From assembly GCF_001194135.2 (NCBI RefSeq), contig NC_069000.1, positions 15,925,877 to 15,989,876 of the forward strand: 64,000 nucleotides of DNA, in the 5' to 3' direction. Under the pieces are notes generated by a model. It saw nothing but the letters and a program-made list of their open reading frames with translations. It was not told the origin of the DNA and made no database searches. Source of the stretch: Octopus bimaculoides. Lineage: Eukaryota. Below are positions 61,229 through 64,000 of this stretch, piece after piece. Position 1 is the stretch's first letter; every line of letters begins with the position of its first letter. The translations under genes were made by a program, and so were the position numbers.

Positions 61229-61322
61229 TGCTGAGAAAGGAAAATTGGTCATTTTTATAATTCTCCAAAATTAATTGACTTTTCCGGAGCAAAGGCAAAA
61301 CAGTAAAGCGACCACACGCCAT
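61229..61322 (-). CDS. MCUR1/CCDC90B: Probable first coding exon (mitochondrial presequence-like) of the MCUR1/CCDC90B gene
   Basis: ATG at 61322 opens MACGRFTVLPLLRKSQLILENYKNDQFSFLS and ends at a strong gtaagt donor in phase 1, matching the phase-1 acceptor at 50607. It lies beside a CCGGAAGT promoter motif. No sequence homology is available for this N-terminus. Confidence 0.65.
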
Positions 61323-61664
61323 AGAATTACCCTTGACATGTGTTTGTACCGGAAGTGAAATCTACATGAACACAATAAAATTACATTCATTTTGATTGGT
61401 GCAAACTAACAAACTTATTTAAAATCGTTACTGATTGGTTAATTTTGATTTGATTCGCCTTTGATTGGATAAATCGTTTTACAAGCATAATTTTCAAACT
61501 TGTCCAGGCAGAGTGTGATTGTAGTCTTAAAAGTTAAACATTCTTTTTTCCATCACTAATTATTGATTGATCTCGTCAGTTACAAAATACATTCAAAGTA
61601 TTTAACTGTTCTTGTCTTCCCTAACTTAATTCCTTATCTGTTTTTTAAACAAATTTCGCGTTCG
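61323..61664. promoter_or_regulatory. Bidirectional promoter MCUR1/CCDC90B - UBE2C
   Basis: 342 bp between divergent ATGs. ETS-type CCGGAAGTG at 61349-61357; inverted CCAAT boxes (ATTGG) at 61395, 61434, 61464; CHR-like TTCAAA at 61493 and 61592; E2F/CDE-like TTTCGCG at 61654. Confidence 0.7.
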
Positions 61665-61756
61665 ATGGCCTCCCAGAACAGAGATCCTGCTGCTAGTACC
61701 ACTAGGAAAGAACCTAACAGCACAACTGCCAAAGACAACCATTCTGTTAGCAAAAG
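61665..61756 (+). CDS. UBE2C: Ubiquitin-conjugating enzyme E2 C, exon 1 (remaining exons not found in window)
   Basis: MASQNRDPAASTTRKEPNSTTAKDNHSVSK-R followed by a gtattt donor in phase 2. MASQNRDPAA matches the recalled N-terminus of vertebrate UBE2C, whose exon 1 also ends at K-R. Confidence 0.9.
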
Positions 61757-64000
61757 GTATTTATGTGTTTACTAATGTTTCTACTATATATAATTTTGAA
61801 AATTCTTTTTACCATGTGTGTATGTATACATATATACATACATACAAATATATATATATATATANNNNNNNNNNNNNNNNNNNNNNNNNNNNNNNNNNNN
61901 NNNNNNNNNNNNNNNNNNNNNNNNNNNNNNNNNNNNNNNNNNNNNNNNNNNNNNNNNNNNNNNNNNNNNNNNNNNNNNNNNNNNNNNNNNNNNNNNNNNN
62001 NNNNNNNNNNNNNNNNNNNNNNNNNNNNNNNNNNNNNNNNNNNNNNNNNNNNNNNNNNNNNNNNNNNTATGTCTCACGCTATGAGGGACTAAGTCTGACC
62101 TTAGAGTCCCTCATAGCGTGAGGCATTCTTGTATAGTAATGCCCTTATATAAATAAATATATTTTAGGGAATAAATGATGGATTTTTTTTCCCTTATGAG
62201 GTTTTTTTTACGCTAGCTACTTGATAAATTCTTGTAAAAGAATTCGTCCTATTATTGAATTTATATATATATATATATGTATATATGTGTGTATACATAT
62301 AAGCTTAATTTTAAATTAGTAACAATGGTAGAATTAAATTAAAAAAAAAAAAACTTAGGTTGTCCAGTTAATTTTTTAAAACATTCCTAAATTTTTGTCT
62401 ATTTTCTTGCGGTCAGCAATTGCCATGAACCAATTCGTTACAAATTCAAATTTATTAACCTAATCATTGGTTTACTGCCGAGCTAAATCGACCAACAACT
62501 GTGTGAAAATACGTTGGTGTTATTTTTTTTCTCCTACCCCGTATTATATTTTCAAATACTGTTACTCAAATAATTATTTCTTCCGTTTTATCTCTCTCTC
62601 TTCTTGAATCTTCCCTCACGTAACGGAAGAGATACACTCATACAGAATAGTTTTTGAGTTATTTCCAAGCTTGTTAGTCACTCGATTAGTAACTATTGTG
62701 ACTGTTTGTACAATAATTATTACTGTATGTGTGAGAGTTCATTGACTTGTTGAGTCGTCATCGTCGTCGTGGAGGTGAGCTCGGATTCATCTGAAGAATT
62801 TAACCGTTATATAGGTAGCCCTATTAAAAACGATTTTGTTTTTGCTTCGTTACATCTTATATTCGACTATCTATGGGATTTTCTGAAGTAACTGACCAAT
62901 AGTTCGAAATATCGCTGAAATTGATTCCTGGTTTATCGTTTCCTTATCCCTTCCCCATTAATTTCTTCTCGCATCATTTTAAAAGAAGAATTTATTACTT
63001 CGGATTTTAACTGGCAGGAGGTGATCTCTGGTTTTATCTCGAGCAACCATCCCTTGTGCGTTGATCATTCTGGAACACAACCACACATTTTAAATGTCAT
63101 TTATTGTTTGTAGACTCGCTTTGCTACAAATTTTCTTGTATCTGTAGAGTAGGGGCTTTTTTTTTTGGCTTTAGATCAAATTCCTTGCATTGGAATTGCT
63201 TTGTTCTGTAGTTTAACAAAAGATACAAGAAAACACTTAAACGTGGTAGTTGTATAACAAATCAATTTTATTAATATACATGAAATGTTTACTTCCTTAT
63301 TTAACCTTTTTAATTGTTAATCGGGCTGACCTATATCAAAGGTTTTCGCTTCTGACCATCCCGTCTTTTTCCGATGTTCAGGCAACTCAGAACCACATTT
63401 TCTAAGACGATTTGATGTACTTTTAAGACAGAAAACATTACTACAATGTAAGAAGAACCCAGACAACAAATAACTACCGGTCCTTAATGGAGGATTAGGT
63501 CTAAATTCCCTTTTATCTAGAGCAATGATTCTTAATTCTTCCTTTGACTTATGCCCCCATTCGGCTGGAAGTTTTTATCTAAGACTCCCTTACATCTTTG
63601 CAAAAACAGATGGATTGATATTTTTTTTTTTGACCCCCTCTCAGAGACGAGAGTAACAAGTTAAAATTTGGCACTAAAATAAAGATGTCCCGACGCATCT
63701 ACGTAACGATATGTTTTTACAGTGCACACTTAGGATTACGTAGATGCATCGGGCCCTCTGTATTGAAGTAGTACCAAAATTTTACTGGAAAAGGATAGGA
63801 ATTTGGTGGAGGAGGGGGGTAAAATGTAAAAAAAGAAACATTTCTTTTAGCAAAAATACCTTCTCAGGAAAAACAACCACCCAGTTCCTTTCTCCTTGAA
63901 GTAGTGATAATTATTCCGAAAGTCAACGATTAACGGTGAAAATTTACCAAGCTTTGCTTCCAGGGGTGTTAAACTTATACGAGATGTCAGTCTGTTGAAC

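Larger units (their letters stand above)
2534..62067. other. Twelve assembly gaps (N runs)
   Basis: N runs at about 2534-3207, 7125-7641, 11562-11571, 17858-18227, 19176-19878, 20710-20719, 27825-28178, 31718-31727, 47593-48054, 54454-55308, 57407-58065, 61865-62067. These inflate the long X-containing ORFs in the track. Confidence 0.98.

Noticed and set aside
2466-62121. Long ORFs containing X runs in the supplied track
   Set aside because: Artefacts of translating N gaps.
1-64000. CRISPR arrays, operons or prokaryotic defence systems
   Set aside because: The window is spliced eukaryotic DNA; the repeats are dispersed retroelements with no regular repeat-spacer periodicity.

Overview
AT-rich, microsatellite- and SINE-rich animal genomic DNA with 12 assembly gaps. 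I infer octopus/coleoid cephalopod from the look of the SINE and RTE-LINE families; this was not database-checked. The supplied ORF track is mostly uninformative because the real genes are spliced. Manual exon stitching (GT-AG sites, phase-consistent) gives five genes in strictly alternating orientation: TRIQK (+, 3 coding exons) >< CCNDBP1 (-, 9 exons found, one internal exon unresolved) <> PDCD5 (+, 5 exons, complete) >< MCUR1/CCDC90B-like (-, 6 firm exons plus a probable exon 1) <> UBE2C (+, exon 1 only). Two short bidirectional promoters (about 370 and 340 bp ATG-to-ATG) link the divergent pairs; the UBE2C one has a CCAAT/CHR/E2F cell-cycle layout. Introns are filled with three tRNA-like SINE families, RTE-type LINE pieces (one with RT plus a PHD-like finger), piggyBac-, mariner-, pogo- and hAT-type MITEs and a non-autonomous Helitron. 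The least explained structures are a CpG-rich 229-bp foldback element carrying inward telomeric (CCCTAA)/(TTAGGG) arrays, a 46-bp near-perfect hairpin downstream of TRIQK, and several pre-miRNA-sized hairpins. I found no convincing evidence of a new multi-gene system.
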